This document shows positions 1 to 9,142 of a stretch of 64,000 nt of DNA, piece after piece. The notes beneath the pieces were generated by a model. That model saw only the letters and a program-made list of their open reading frames with translations, had not been told where the DNA came from and did no database searches. The number at the start of each line of letters is the position of its first letter. The first letter of the stretch is position 1. A program made the position numbers and the translations under genes. This DNA is from Lachnospiraceae bacterium UBA1759 (GTDB lineage Bacteria > Bacillota > Clostridia > Lachnospirales > Lachnospiraceae): positions 1,537 through 65,536 of the forward strand of contig DCHF01000030.1 of assembly GCA_002315555.1 (NCBI GenBank), written 5' to 3'.

Positions 1-597
1 TCTTGATGCAAGCGGAGTCTTTTCCGGAATATTGCATGAAAGTCCGAAATATGTCCTGTTTTTATTTTCCGGAAACAGTCTTGAACAGATAAAATCGTCT
101 GCGTTCAGTATGACGTGAACGGATGCGGGCAAGGCGCTGTTAAGAATATAAACGATAAAATCGGTATGCGCGTTACGTTTGAGCGAATCGCGCATAATAT
201 TGTTGCAGACAAGATAATCGGGAGTAAAATATTTATAAATCTTCAACGAGCTTCTCTCGTCAACCTCAAGAACCGCAATCCGGTTTCTCGGTTTTCCGTT
301 GAGCTTTGAATCAGCCAGCAGTGCGCATGCAACCCCGCCCTGAACGTTTGAACCTATACTGTTATTGGTTACCGTATAACCGCAGTCTCTGAGAACCTGG
401 GTAATCAGATTACTGGTGGTGGTTTTTCCGTTTGTTCCGGTTACACATATTACCTTTTCAGGTAAAGTAAGTCTTGTGAGAAAATCAGGACAGATTTTAA
501 TTGCAAGAATACCCGGGGTGCAGCTTCCGTCCCGTCCGAGAAGACGGATGCAGAATCTGAAAAGCTTTGAAACCCACAGCGCAAGAATGAATCTCAT
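1..597 (-). CDS. Mur ligase family protein, MurT-like; the 3' end runs off the window
   Basis: Absent from the ORF track because it is open at nt 1. My reverse-complement translation from ATG 597-595 reads MRFILALWVSKLFRFCIRLLGRDGSCTPGILAIKICPDFLTRLTLPEKVICVTGTNGKTTTSNLITQVLRDCGYTVTNN...AVLEVDERS...VCNNIMRDSLKRNAH. It has the Mur-ligase P-loop GTNGKTT plus E-x-DE and N-x-x-RD blocks arranged as in MurT-type ligases. ATGA start/stop overlap with the upstream gene at 594-597. Confidence 0.7.
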   Translation of the reverse strand, partial: MRFILALWVSKLFRFCIRLLGRDGSCTPGILAIKICPDFLTRLTLPEKVICVTGTNGKTTTSNLITQVLRDCGYTVTNNSIGSNVQGGVACALLADSKLNGKPRNRIAVLEVDERSSLKIYKYFTPDYLVCNNIMRDSLKRNAHTDFIVYILNSALPASVHVILNADDFICSRLFPENKNRTYFGLSCNIPEKTPLASR

Positions 598-2666
598 TTT
601 TTGTCAGTCTCTTTTCCGCCTTCGGCAGCAGTCATTTCTTCAGCATCCGAAGCTTTCGAATTGACGTCTTCAGGCTTTTTATAGGTCGGAACGACCTCCC
701 TGAGAACCTGCTTTGTATACTCATCATCACCTGAATTCAAGGCTTTTCTGAGGGAATCAAGATATGCCTTCATCGTTTCATCGGATACGGGAGTGTCCTT
801 TTCGATGAACATCAGATCATTCTGTGTTTTCTTCAGAGTGTCGCTTTTGGTAAGCAACTCTTCATACAGCTTCTCACCGGGACGAAGTCCGGTTTCAATG
901 ATGTCGATATCAACGTAAGGGGTAAGACCGCAAAGCTTTATCATATTGACGGCCATATCGTAAATCTTGATGGGTTTCCCCATATCAAGAACGAAGAGTT
1001 CTCCTTTTTTCGCCATCGGACCGCTCTCAAGGACGAGCTGGCTGGCTTCGGGGATTGTCATAAAGTATCTGATAATTTTCTTATCCGTAATGGTTACGGG
1101 GCCGCCGGCTGCTATCTGACGGCGGAACAGGGGAATTACCGAGCCTGCACTTCCGAGAACGTTTCCGAAACGTGTGGCGGAAAAAACCGTCTTCTTTGAC
1201 TTGGCAGCCTTGTTCATCACTATCATTTCGCAGAATCGTTTTGTGGCTCCCATAACGTTTGTGGGATTGACAGCCTTGTCGGTTGAAACCATAATAAACC
1301 TTTCGCATCCGTACTCTTCGGCAAGCTCAACCGTATTGAGAGTACCGAAAATATTGTTTTCTATGGCTTCAGTGCAATTGTGTTCCATCAGCGGAACGTG
1401 CTTATGTGCGGCTGCGTGAATGACAATCTGGGGCTTATACGTCGAAAAAACACGCTCAAGCGCCGCCCTGTTGCAGACGGAAAGGATTTCAAGGGAAATC
1501 GGGAAATTCTTGTCTTTGATTTTGAGCTCCTGCTGAAGATCGTAAGCTCCGTTTTCATAAACGTCCAGAACGACGAGTCTTTTTGGATTCATACGGCTCA
1601 GCTGACGGCAGAGTTCGCTTCCGATGGAACCGCCGCCGCCGGTAACGAGGACAGTCTTGTCTTTGTAATATGAAGATACCTTTTCATCGATGAAATCCTT
1701 CTGCTGTCTGAACAGGAGGTCGGAAATATCGAATTCACGGATTGAACGTCGCCCTCCGCTCTTGAGGTTATCCATTGTCGGGAAATCGTAAACCTTGACG
1801 CCGAAGCCGTTTGAAGAATAGTATTCTCTGAGTTCATTGAGCATATCGTGGTCCATACCGGGAACTGCAAAGACAACAACTTCAACGCCGCGCGATTTGA
1901 GAAATTCGGGATTTGCTATCGTCTGGTCGTAAATCGGAATCGAATAAACCAGTCTGCCGGTCTTTGAGCGGTCAATCTCAATAAAGCACAGGGGTTCATA
2001 ACCGGACCTGAGGTTAGTCAGCAGTTCCTGGGCAAGAGACGTTCCGGTGTCACCGGCACCGAGAATTGCAATCTTTATTCGGTTGCTGTCACTTATCTTC
2101 TCAAAATCGCTGTGTATCTGTTCATAAACCTTTTTACCGGCAAAAATTCTGAGCAGCAATCTGAGAACAAATCCGATAAGGTCCTTTCTGTCCCCGCATT
2201 TGTAGGCATATCTGTAAATCATGCGCGGAGCAAGTGCCAGAAGGCAGTTGAATCCGGTAATTGCAATAATGAAAATTACCGACATTCCCTTGGGTATATA
2301 TTCATTTGCAAGCTGCTTTAACACCGTATATACAGTCAGAAAAATAAAGAAGCTGACTCCGTCGGAAACCAGAATGCGTATATAGGACTGAATCCCCCCG
2401 AAGCGCCACACCTGTGAATAGACACCGAAAATTATTCTTGATAAAGTAGTGACGGTAAAGAGCGCAAGAACAAGCAAGGCGCACTCGAGAATCTTTGTTC
2501 TGTCAAAAAATCCCCAGCGCAGCGTAGTAAAAAATGTATATACGAAGAAAGTCAGTGCGTCAAACGGCACAAGTTTCCAGCTTATTCTGGCCCTTACGTG
2601 GGGCTTTTCACTTAAATTCATAAAGCTAAATCCACCCATTATGAAAATGATTATATATTTTATCAT
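594..2666 (-). CDS. Membrane-anchored polysaccharide biosynthesis protein, CapD/PglF/WbpM-like NDP-sugar 4,6-dehydratase
   Basis: 690-aa ORF with a hydrophobic N-terminal third (several TM segments). It carries two Rossmann motifs (ILGAGDTG and VTGGGGSIGSEL) and the STDKAVNPTNVMGATKR block typical of this extended-SDR family. The true start may be the internal MNLSEK. Confidence 0.88.
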   Translation of the reverse strand: MIKYIIIFIMGGFSFMNLSEKPHVRARISWKLVPFDALTFFVYTFFTTLRWGFFDRTKILECALLVLALFTVTTLSRIIFGVYSQVWRFGGIQSYIRILVSDGVSFFIFLTVYTVLKQLANEYIPKGMSVIFIIAITGFNCLLALAPRMIYRYAYKCGDRKDLIGFVLRLLLRIFAGKKVYEQIHSDFEKISDSNRIKIAILGAGDTGTSLAQELLTNLRSGYEPLCFIEIDRSKTGRLVYSIPIYDQTIANPEFLKSRGVEVVVFAVPGMDHDMLNELREYYSSNGFGVKVYDFPTMDNLKSGGRRSIREFDISDLLFRQQKDFIDEKVSSYYKDKTVLVTGGGGSIGSELCRQLSRMNPKRLVVLDVYENGAYDLQQELKIKDKNFPISLEILSVCNRAALERVFSTYKPQIVIHAAAHKHVPLMEHNCTEAIENNIFGTLNTVELAEEYGCERFIMVSTDKAVNPTNVMGATKRFCEMIVMNKAAKSKKTVFSATRFGNVLGSAGSVIPLFRRQIAAGGPVTITDKKIIRYFMTIPEASQLVLESGPMAKKGELFVLDMGKPIKIYDMAVNMIKLCGLTPYVDIDIIETGLRPGEKLYEELLTKSDTLKKTQNDLMFIEKDTPVSDETMKAYLDSLRKALNSGDDEYTKQVLREVVPTYKKPEDVNSKASDAEEMTAAEGGKETDKK

Positions 2667-2723
2667 TTTTTAAGAAAACAGTCAAGCATTTATAATATTA
2701 ATTGATTTAATATAAAATTACTG

Positions 2724-2752
2724 TTTTCATTCTGCTGAAAATATGATATAAT
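2724..2752 (+). promoter_or_regulatory. Candidate sigma-A promoter
   Basis: TTTTCA (2724-2729), a 17-nt spacer, then extended -10 TGaTATAAT (TG 2744-2745, TATAAT 2747-2752). It sits 37 nt upstream of the 2789 start. Confidence 0.4.
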
Positions 2753-2788
2753 ATTGTGAATATTTTTGCGAGGTGAGGGTCGGTTATT

Positions 2789-3619
2789 ATGAAAAATCTT
2801 CATTGTCTCGGTACAGGAATGGGTATGGGAATGACTGAAGCGGAACAGATTCCGCTTATTGCCGAATCCGGCTTCGAAGCTTTTTTCACAGGCTGGAGCA
2901 CAAAAAGCAATCTGAAAGCGATTAAAAAACTCGGTGACAGCTGCGGACTTATTTATCAGTCCGTTCATGCTCCCTTCACTCAGGTACATCATCTGTGGGA
3001 AGAAGGCACAAGGGGCGAAGAGGTATGTGACGAACTCATACGCTGCATTCATGAAACTGCAGAAGTAAACGTTCCAATTGTCATAATACATCCGATAATC
3101 GGTATGGACAGACATAATCCTTATCTTATCGGACTTGAAAGGTACGCAGATATTGTCCGCGCAGCCGAGGACAGCGGCATTAAGGTAGCCTTCGAAAACG
3201 TAGAAGGTATAGAATACCTAATTTCCCTTCGCGATGCTCTCGCTTCATCAGACGCCGTGGGGTTCTGCTGGGATACGGGCCACGAGATGTGCTACAATTC
3301 TTCAATGGACGTTCCGGCTCTTTTTAACGGCAAGCTTATATGTACGCACATCAATGACAATATGAGACAGACGGATCCCGCGAAGCTTACCTGGCTTGAC
3401 GATTCGCATCTGCTTCCCTTTGACGGGCGCGCCGACTGGCAGGGGATAGCCGACAGACTTGACCGTGAGAATTTCCGCGGCATAATGACCTATGAAGTCA
3501 CCACAAAGAGCAAACCCGAAAGAAACACGCACGCGATATATTCGAATCTTTCTCCTCTTGAATTTATGAAGCTCGCCTATGAAAAAGCGCTGAAGCTTGA
3601 TTCAATGAGAAAACTTTAA
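2789..3619 (+). CDS. Sugar phosphate isomerase/epimerase (xylose-isomerase-like TIM barrel, AP endonuclease 2 fold)
   Basis: 276-aa ORF with RBS GAGGTGAGGG upstream. Alternating beta/alpha pattern with HAPF, VIIHP, AFEN, WDTGH and a C-terminal YEV block, as in this family. Confidence 0.72.
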   Translation: MKNLHCLGTGMGMGMTEAEQIPLIAESGFEAFFTGWSTKSNLKAIKKLGDSCGLIYQSVHAPFTQVHHLWEEGTRGEEVCDELIRCIHETAEVNVPIVIIHPIIGMDRHNPYLIGLERYADIVRAAEDSGIKVAFENVEGIEYLISLRDALASSDAVGFCWDTGHEMCYNSSMDVPALFNGKLICTHINDNMRQTDPAKLTWLDDSHLLPFDGRADWQGIADRLDRENFRGIMTYEVTTKSKPERNTHAIYSNLSPLEFMKLAYEKALKLDSMRKL

Positions 3620-3657
3620 CTGCAATCTAAAAATTTATTTATAAACGGAGAAAAAAC

Positions 3658-4950
3658 ATGCTTGACATCAAGTTTCTCAGAGAAAACCCTGAGATAGTAA
3701 AACAGAACATCCGCAACAAATTCCAGGACTTCAAGCTTCCCATGGTCGATGAAGTCATTGCTCTCGACGAGGAAAGCCGCAAGACCATCACCGAAGCTTC
3801 CAATCTTCGTGCCTCCAAGAATCAGCTTTCAAAGCAGATCGGTGCTCTTATGGCCAAGGGACAGAAGGAAGAAGCTGAGAACGTAAAGAAGCAGGTTGCC
3901 GAAAACGCAGCCCGTCTTGCCGAGCTCGAAGCACAGGAACCCGTTCTTCAGGAAAAGATTCATAAGCTTATGCTTCAGATTCCCAACATCATCGATCCTT
4001 CCGTTCCGATCGGAAAAGACGATTCCATGAACGTTGAGGTTCAGCGTTTCGGCGAACCCGCCACCCCCGCCTTTGATATTCCCTACCACACCGAAATCAT
4101 GGAAAGCCTTGACGGTGTTGAGATGGATGCTGCCGGCCGTGTTGCCGGAAACGGTTTCTATTATCTCAAGGGCGATATTGCCAGACTTCACTCTGCAATT
4201 CTTGCTTATGCAAGAGATTTTATGATTGGCAAGGGCTTTACTTATTTCATTCCTCCTTTTATGATTCACGGAAACGTCGTAGAAGGCGTAATGTCCCAGA
4301 CTGATATGGACGCCATGATGTATAAGATTGAAGGTGAAGACCTCTATCTTATCGGTACGTCCGAGCATTCAATGATAGGTAAATTCATCGACCAGATAAT
4401 CCCTGAGGAAACTCTTCCCCAGACTCTCACCAGCTATTCCCCCTGCTTCCGCAAGGAAAAGGGCGCACACGGTCTGGAAGAGCGCGGCGTTTACCGTATC
4501 CATCAGTTTGAAAAGCAGGAGATGATCGTTGTCTGCAAGCCGGAAGATTCCATGGATTGGTACGAGAAGATGTGGCGCTGGTCCGTCGAACTGTTCCGCA
4601 CGCTGGACATCCCGGTCCGTCAGCTGGAATGCTGCTCCGGTGACCTGGCAGACCTGAAGGTCAAGTCCTGCGATATCGAGGCATGGTCTCCGCGACAGAA
4701 CAAGTACTTTGAGGTATGCAGCTGCTCGAACCTGGGCGATGCTCAGGCCCGCAGACTGAAGATGCGCGTCAAGAGCGAGGACGGAAAGAACTATCTGCCG
4801 CATACCCTGAACAATACCGTTGTTGCTCCGCCCAGAATGCTGATCGCATTCCTGGAGAACAACCTCCGCGCGGACGGCACCGTTGCGATCCCGAAGGCTC
4901 TTCAGCCTTACATGGGCGGCATCACGGAGCTGGTTCCGGTCAAGAAATAA
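3658..4950 (+). CDS. serS: Serine--tRNA ligase
   Basis: 430 aa. N-terminal coiled-coil arm (MLDIKFLRENPEIVKQNIRNKF...) followed by a class-II core (FYYLKGDIARL, LIGTSEH, SPCFRKEKGAHG, YRIHQFEKQEM, NNTVVAPPRMLIAFLENN). RBS ACGGAGA upstream. Confidence 0.95.
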   Translation: MLDIKFLRENPEIVKQNIRNKFQDFKLPMVDEVIALDEESRKTITEASNLRASKNQLSKQIGALMAKGQKEEAENVKKQVAENAARLAELEAQEPVLQEKIHKLMLQIPNIIDPSVPIGKDDSMNVEVQRFGEPATPAFDIPYHTEIMESLDGVEMDAAGRVAGNGFYYLKGDIARLHSAILAYARDFMIGKGFTYFIPPFMIHGNVVEGVMSQTDMDAMMYKIEGEDLYLIGTSEHSMIGKFIDQIIPEETLPQTLTSYSPCFRKEKGAHGLEERGVYRIHQFEKQEMIVVCKPEDSMDWYEKMWRWSVELFRTLDIPVRQLECCSGDLADLKVKSCDIEAWSPRQNKYFEVCSCSNLGDAQARRLKMRVKSEDGKNYLPHTLNNTVVAPPRMLIAFLENNLRADGTVAIPKALQPYMGGITELVPVKK

Positions 4951-4955
4951 TCAAA

Positions 4956-5825
4956 ATGCATGATTTTTTAAGATCCATCGGATTTTCGTCCTATAAAACC
5001 AAAAAGCAGCTTCAGGAGCTGACAGAGTGGGTGCTCGAAGCCCCGGACCACATTTCGGTGGTCTCGTTGGACAACGAGTCCAATCTGGCGGTCGCGGAGC
5101 GCGAGGTGGCCGGCCACGCAGGCATTGCGGTGGTCGGGGAAATGGACGAGCAGGGAACGCTGATCCCGGAGTATTATTACCCCTACATCAGCTCCACTCA
5201 TCTGTCCTCCGACTCGCGGATCTCGTACGATAAGCTGCACAAGAAGACCGGTTTCATCGGCATGTGCGAGGACTTCCGGATGGGGATGGCGCTGATCTTC
5301 AATGTCCGCAACATCACGGAGGTGTATCGTAATGAAATGGACGGTCCCTTCGGCCGCCCGTTTATCAAGGTCAATCTGACGGCGCTTGCTTCCGACGGTA
5401 TGGTCCTTCTTCCCTGTGTACAGACGGAGAAGGCGGTCCTGAAGGGGCAGGAGGAAGAGCGTCAGCGCCTGTACAAGGATGCCTGTGAGGGCAACCAGGC
5501 GGCGATGGAGACGCTGGCCAATCAGGAAACGGAGCGGTTCCATCGGGTGATGGATCGCCTTCACGAGACCGATGTCTTCACCGTGGTGGACAGTTTCTTC
5601 ATGCCCCACGGCATGGAATCGGACCAGTACTATTTTATGGGCAATATCAACGCCGTACAGAAGATCCAAAACGAACTGACCGGAGAGTACTTCTACCGGA
5701 TGGTCATCGACGCAAACGGCATGGCAGTCCTCGCTGCCATCAACGAAAAGGATCTGACCGGCGTGCCGGAGCCCGGCTACCGGCTGAAATGCCACGCATG
5801 GCTTACAGGAGAACTGAAACGGTAA
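4956..5825 (+). CDS. Conserved hypothetical protein (resembles the DUF3881 family, from memory)
   Basis: The track ORF 4716-5825 overlaps serS. The first ATG after the serS stop (4956) gives MHDFLRSIGFSSYKTKKQLQELTEWVL..., an N-terminus I associate with DUF3881 proteins of Clostridia. No catalytic motif recognised. Confidence 0.6.
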   Translation: MHDFLRSIGFSSYKTKKQLQELTEWVLEAPDHISVVSLDNESNLAVAEREVAGHAGIAVVGEMDEQGTLIPEYYYPYISSTHLSSDSRISYDKLHKKTGFIGMCEDFRMGMALIFNVRNITEVYRNEMDGPFGRPFIKVNLTALASDGMVLLPCVQTEKAVLKGQEEERQRLYKDACEGNQAAMETLANQETERFHRVMDRLHETDVFTVVDSFFMPHGMESDQYYFMGNINAVQKIQNELTGEYFYRMVIDANGMAVLAAINEKDLTGVPEPGYRLKCHAWLTGELKR

Positions 5826-5874
5826 TACCGCAAAAGCGGACGGGAAGATCCCGTCGGACAATTAAAATTTAATG

Positions 5875-5959
5875 AAATGCTAGGGGGGCCGAAAGGCTGA
5901 GAAGGTAGAACCTGACCCTTTGAACTTGAACCGGTTAGTACCGGCGTAGGGAAGTATTT
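5875..5959 (+). promoter_or_regulatory. TPP (THI-box) riboswitch aptamer
   Basis: P1 pairs AAATGCT (5875-5881) with AGTATTT (5953-5959). Conserved GGGG..CTGAGA (5897-5902) and ACCCTTTGAACTTGAACCGGTTAGTACCGGCGTAGGGAA match the THI-box consensus. Confidence 0.85.
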
Positions 5960-5995
5960 TGCAGGATCGGACGTGTGTACGTTCGAAGATTACAG

Positions 5996-6027
5996 GATGC
6001 TTTCCGTAAGGAGAGCATCTTTTTTTT
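5996..6027 (+). terminator. Intrinsic terminator, expression platform of the TPP riboswitch
   Basis: GATGCTTTCC / GTAA loop / GGAGAGCATC forms a 10-bp stem with one G-U pair, followed by T8 (6020-6027). It lies 84 nt upstream of ykoF. Confidence 0.78.
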
Positions 6028-6110
6028 GTGACCGCAAATGATTCCGGAATAAGGCTCAGGCCGTTTCGGGAATCGTAAACTCAATCATACACACAGAAAG
6101 GAACACTACA

Positions 6111-6764
6111 ATGAGCGAATTAGAACTGAACAATGCGGACTGCGCAGCCTGTGGCTGCAATGCGGACGACCTCCCCTGGAGCGGCCGCGGTACGGATCTT
6201 CCCATCGCGGGATGCCGTTTCTCCCTGTACCCCATGACGGACAACTTTGTGGACATCATCCTGGGCGCGCTTGACAAGACCGATACCAGCGCAGTATGGA
6301 GCGAATCCGATGCTTTGTCCACGGTTTACAGAGGCAAACTGACCTACGTTGCCGATGCCGTGAAGGCTTTATTCATCAATGCCTACACCGAGGGCGTGCA
6401 CATGGCATTTGAGGGCCATTATTCCAAGGGCTGCCCGGGCGATATCAGCGGCGACAGCAAGCTGGACATTGACACCGAAGCACCGAACAAGGCCGTTGTT
6501 CAGGATATTCACTTCCCGGTCCTCTGCAAATTTGCGCTGTACCCCATGGGCGATGGCGACTACATCCACAAGATCGCCGACGTATGGCGCATGGCGGAAG
6601 CAGAAGGTCTGAACCCCACCACCATTCATTACGCGACCCGTTTAAGCGGCGATGTACACCATGTATTCGATTACTTGGAGCGCGTATGTGCAATGATGGA
6701 CGGCGAGGTCTCACATTACATCATTCACTTCACCATGAACTGCAACAGCCCCACAGAGGAGTAA
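6111..6764 (+). CDS. ykoF: YkoF-type HMP/thiamine-binding protein
   Basis: 217 aa with an internal duplication: two (C/K)(R)F(S/A)LYPM(T/G)D blocks, at CRFSLYPMTDNF and CKFALYPMGDGD. Sits directly behind a TPP riboswitch and ahead of ECF components. Extra about 30-aa N-terminus containing CAACGC. Confidence 0.75.
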   Translation: MSELELNNADCAACGCNADDLPWSGRGTDLPIAGCRFSLYPMTDNFVDIILGALDKTDTSAVWSESDALSTVYRGKLTYVADAVKALFINAYTEGVHMAFEGHYSKGCPGDISGDSKLDIDTEAPNKAVVQDIHFPVLCKFALYPMGDGDYIHKIADVWRMAEAEGLNPTTIHYATRLSGDVHHVFDYLERVCAMMDGEVSHYIIHFTMNCNSPTEE

Positions 6765-6885
6765 GCAGGTAAACGTGAAGTACCGCAAAGCCCATGCCGC
6801 AGCAGCTGCGAAAAGCAACAACTGCAGAATAGACGAAATTGTCGGGTTTTGTGCAACATATTATCAATAACAATAGGAGAAAAAC

Positions 6886-7476
6886 ATGAACTGGAAATTA
6901 AAAGACATTCTGATGATCGCAATCTGTGCTGTAGTATTCGGCGTTATTTACCTTGGCTGTACCGATGTGGGCGGCCTGATTTCAAGTGTTCTGACCCCGC
7001 TTGGTATGGGTTCACTTTCTTATGAGCCGTTCTACGGCATTTACTTCATGGCAGCTGCATTCGCAGTCTATGTCATCCGCAAGCCGGGCGCAGGCCTCAT
7101 CGCCGAGATCCTGGCTGCCATCATTGAGACACTGATGGGCAATTTCTTCGGCCCGATCATCATTCTTTCCGGCCTTGTACAGGGCCTTGGTTTTGAAGCC
7201 ATCATCGCTCTGAAGAAGTATAAAAAGTACGATCGCATGACCATGATCGAAGGCGCGATCCTTTGCTCCGTATTCACCATGATCTACAACCTGATCGTCA
7301 GCGGTTACAACAAGATCGCCATCCCGGTCCTTCTCATCATGATGGTGGTTCGTCTGATCAGCGCAGTGATCTTCGATGTATTTGTTACCATGGGCATCGC
7401 AAAGGGCCTTGTAAAGGCCGGCCTGTTAAAGGGTTACAAGATCGCCGAGGACGTGGAAGTGGATGCAGCAGAATAA
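6886..7476 (+). CDS. ykoE: ECF transporter S (substrate-capture) component, YkoE-type
   Basis: 196-aa polytopic membrane protein (about 6 TM). Position is between ykoF and the duplicated ATPase. The 14-nt overlap with the next gene suggests translational coupling. Confidence 0.72.
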   Translation: MNWKLKDILMIAICAVVFGVIYLGCTDVGGLISSVLTPLGMGSLSYEPFYGIYFMAAAFAVYVIRKPGAGLIAEILAAIIETLMGNFFGPIIILSGLVQGLGFEAIIALKKYKKYDRMTMIEGAILCSVFTMIYNLIVSGYNKIAIPVLLIMMVVRLISAVIFDVFVTMGIAKGLVKAGLLKGYKIAEDVEVDAAE

Positions 7477-9142
7477 TTTGCGGTCGGACGACGTGTTTGC
7501 GCTTGAAGTAAGCGACGTTATTTTCCGATTTTACGAAAAAGGAAAAAAGAATATTCTGGACCGCGCTTCCCTGACCGTGGAAGCCGGCAAACTGACCGTT
7601 CTCATGGGCAGCAGCGGTTGCGGCAAGAGCACTCTTGCCGCGGTCGCCGCAGGATTATACCCGGAGAACGGCGGTTTTTTGCTGGAGGGATCCATGCGTC
7701 TGTTCGGCCGCGCGCTGACAGAGCTGAATCCCCGTACCCGCGCGGAATACCTGTCTGTCATGTTCCAGAATCCGGACCTGCAGTTCTGCATGGCAACACC
7801 TGAAAAAGAACTGTATTTCTGCATGGAAAACATGGCGGTGCCGGCGGAGGAGATGAAGCAGCGGGCGATGGAAACGGCCGCTCTTTTTGGCATCGAGCCT
7901 TTCTTCACCCGTCCGTTCCACACGCTCTCCGGCGGTGAAAAGCAGATGGTGTCGCTGGCCTGCCTGTATGCAGTGGGCAGCAAAATGATCATTCTGGACG
8001 AGGCATTTGCGAATATTGATGAAGTTTCCGCGAAGAGGATCCTGCAGCTTCTCATGAAAATGAAGGCGCAGGGGACTACGATTCTGGCGATCGACCATCG
8101 GCTGGATCTGTGGCTGGAGGAAGCCGATGAGATCGTGATCCTGACAGACGGCGGAAAAGTGCTGAAACGCGGACTGAACCGGGAAAACATCGGGGAAGCG
8201 CGAGCGGTGTTCCGGCAGGAAGGTCTGTTCTTCCCGGGGGAGGCAAAGGAAAAGTATACGGCGAAGCACGCCTGTGAAGGGACCGAGGCTTTTCATGAAG
8301 ATGAAAACGACGCTGCACTCGAACGTGAAGAGCATTTGCCGGCATGTGAATCGGCCGTTTGTTTTACTGATGTAACAATCCCCGTCGAAGTGAAAAAGCG
8401 TTTTGGAAAAATTGTTTCGACTTCCGGCATTCTTATTGAAAACACAAGCTTTGAAGTGCCTGCGGGATCTGTGACCGCGCTCCTCGGAAAGAGCGGCAGC
8501 GGTAAGACTACAACGTTCCTTTCGCTGATGAAGAAGCATCCGTACTTCGGCACCATTCGCCTCTTTGGAGAAGATGTGCGGAAAATGAAGCCTCGCGATC
8601 TGTACCGGAAAGCGGGTTTTGTCTTTCAGAATCCGGCGAATCAGTTTGTGACGCAGAAGGTGGAGGATGAAGTGGTAAGCGGACTGAAGATCTGGCATCC
8701 CGAGTGGACGGAAGCGGAGATCCTTCAGGAAACAGAGCGTCTGCTCCGGGCTTTTGGACTGGAAAGCAAGCGCCGGCTCTCTCCCTACATGCTGAGTCAG
8801 GGACAGCAGCGCAGACTGGCAGTCCTTTCCGTGCTTTCCGGCGGCCAGAAGCTTCTTCTTCTGGATGAGCCCACGTACGGTCAGGATGACAGGTCCACGG
8901 AAGGCATCATGCGAGAGCTTCTGAAAAAGCGCGATGAAGAAGGCCTGACGGTGATCATGATCACGCACGACAGGGAACTGGCGGCGCGGTATGCGGATCG
9001 AATCCTGGTGCTTGAGGATAAGGTGATCCGGGTAAAGGCAGAATCTGATAAGCAGGAGCCGGAAGAACAGAAACAGGAAAAGCAGGAAACAGAAGCAGCA
9101 GATGCGAAAAGAATGAAAACGAGAGAGGGGGATGCACGATGA
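7463..9142 (+). CDS. ykoD: ECF transporter fused double ATPase, YkoD-type
   Basis: 559 aa with two ABC cassettes. Walker A GSSGCGKST and GKSGSGKTT, signatures LSGGEKQ and LSQGQQ, Walker B ILDEA and LLDEP. Charged low-complexity C-terminal tail. Confidence 0.85.
   Translation: MQQNNLRSDDVFALEVSDVIFRFYEKGKKNILDRASLTVEAGKLTVLMGSSGCGKSTLAAVAAGLYPENGGFLLEGSMRLFGRALTELNPRTRAEYLSVMFQNPDLQFCMATPEKELYFCMENMAVPAEEMKQRAMETAALFGIEPFFTRPFHTLSGGEKQMVSLACLYAVGSKMIILDEAFANIDEVSAKRILQLLMKMKAQGTTILAIDHRLDLWLEEADEIVILTDGGKVLKRGLNRENIGEARAVFRQEGLFFPGEAKEKYTAKHACEGTEAFHEDENDAALEREEHLPACESAVCFTDVTIPVEVKKRFGKIVSTSGILIENTSFEVPAGSVTALLGKSGSGKTTTFLSLMKKHPYFGTIRLFGEDVRKMKPRDLYRKAGFVFQNPANQFVTQKVEDEVVSGLKIWHPEWTEAEILQETERLLRAFGLESKRRLSPYMLSQGQQRRLAVLSVLSGGQKLLLLDEPTYGQDDRSTEGIMRELLKKRDEEGLTVIMITHDRELAARYADRILVLEDKVIRVKAESDKQEPEEQKQEKQETEAADAKRMKTREGDAR

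Noticed and set aside
3620-3657. A T-box leader upstream of serS, which is common for aminoacyl-tRNA synthetases in Firmicutes.
   Set aside because: Only 38 nt separate serS from the preceding gene. There is no room for a T-box of about 200 nt, and no specifier or T-box sequence is visible.
4716-4955. An N-terminal 80-codon extension of the 4716-5825 ORF that overlaps serS.
   Set aside because: The extension lies in an alternative frame of the serS coding sequence and is R/P/G-rich. A clean ATG at 4956 directly after the serS stop gives a conserved-looking N-terminus. The same reasoning was applied to the long starts at 18529, 46542, 46527, 26969, 38947, 23895, 58563 and 9974.
5839-5855. The small hairpin GACGGGA-AGA-TCCCGTC after the 4956-5825 gene, considered as its terminator.
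   Set aside because: It has only a 7-bp stem with a 3-nt loop and no U-run (it is followed by GGACAATTAAAA). It may still insulate the riboswitch promoter, but it is not supportable as a terminator from sequence alone.
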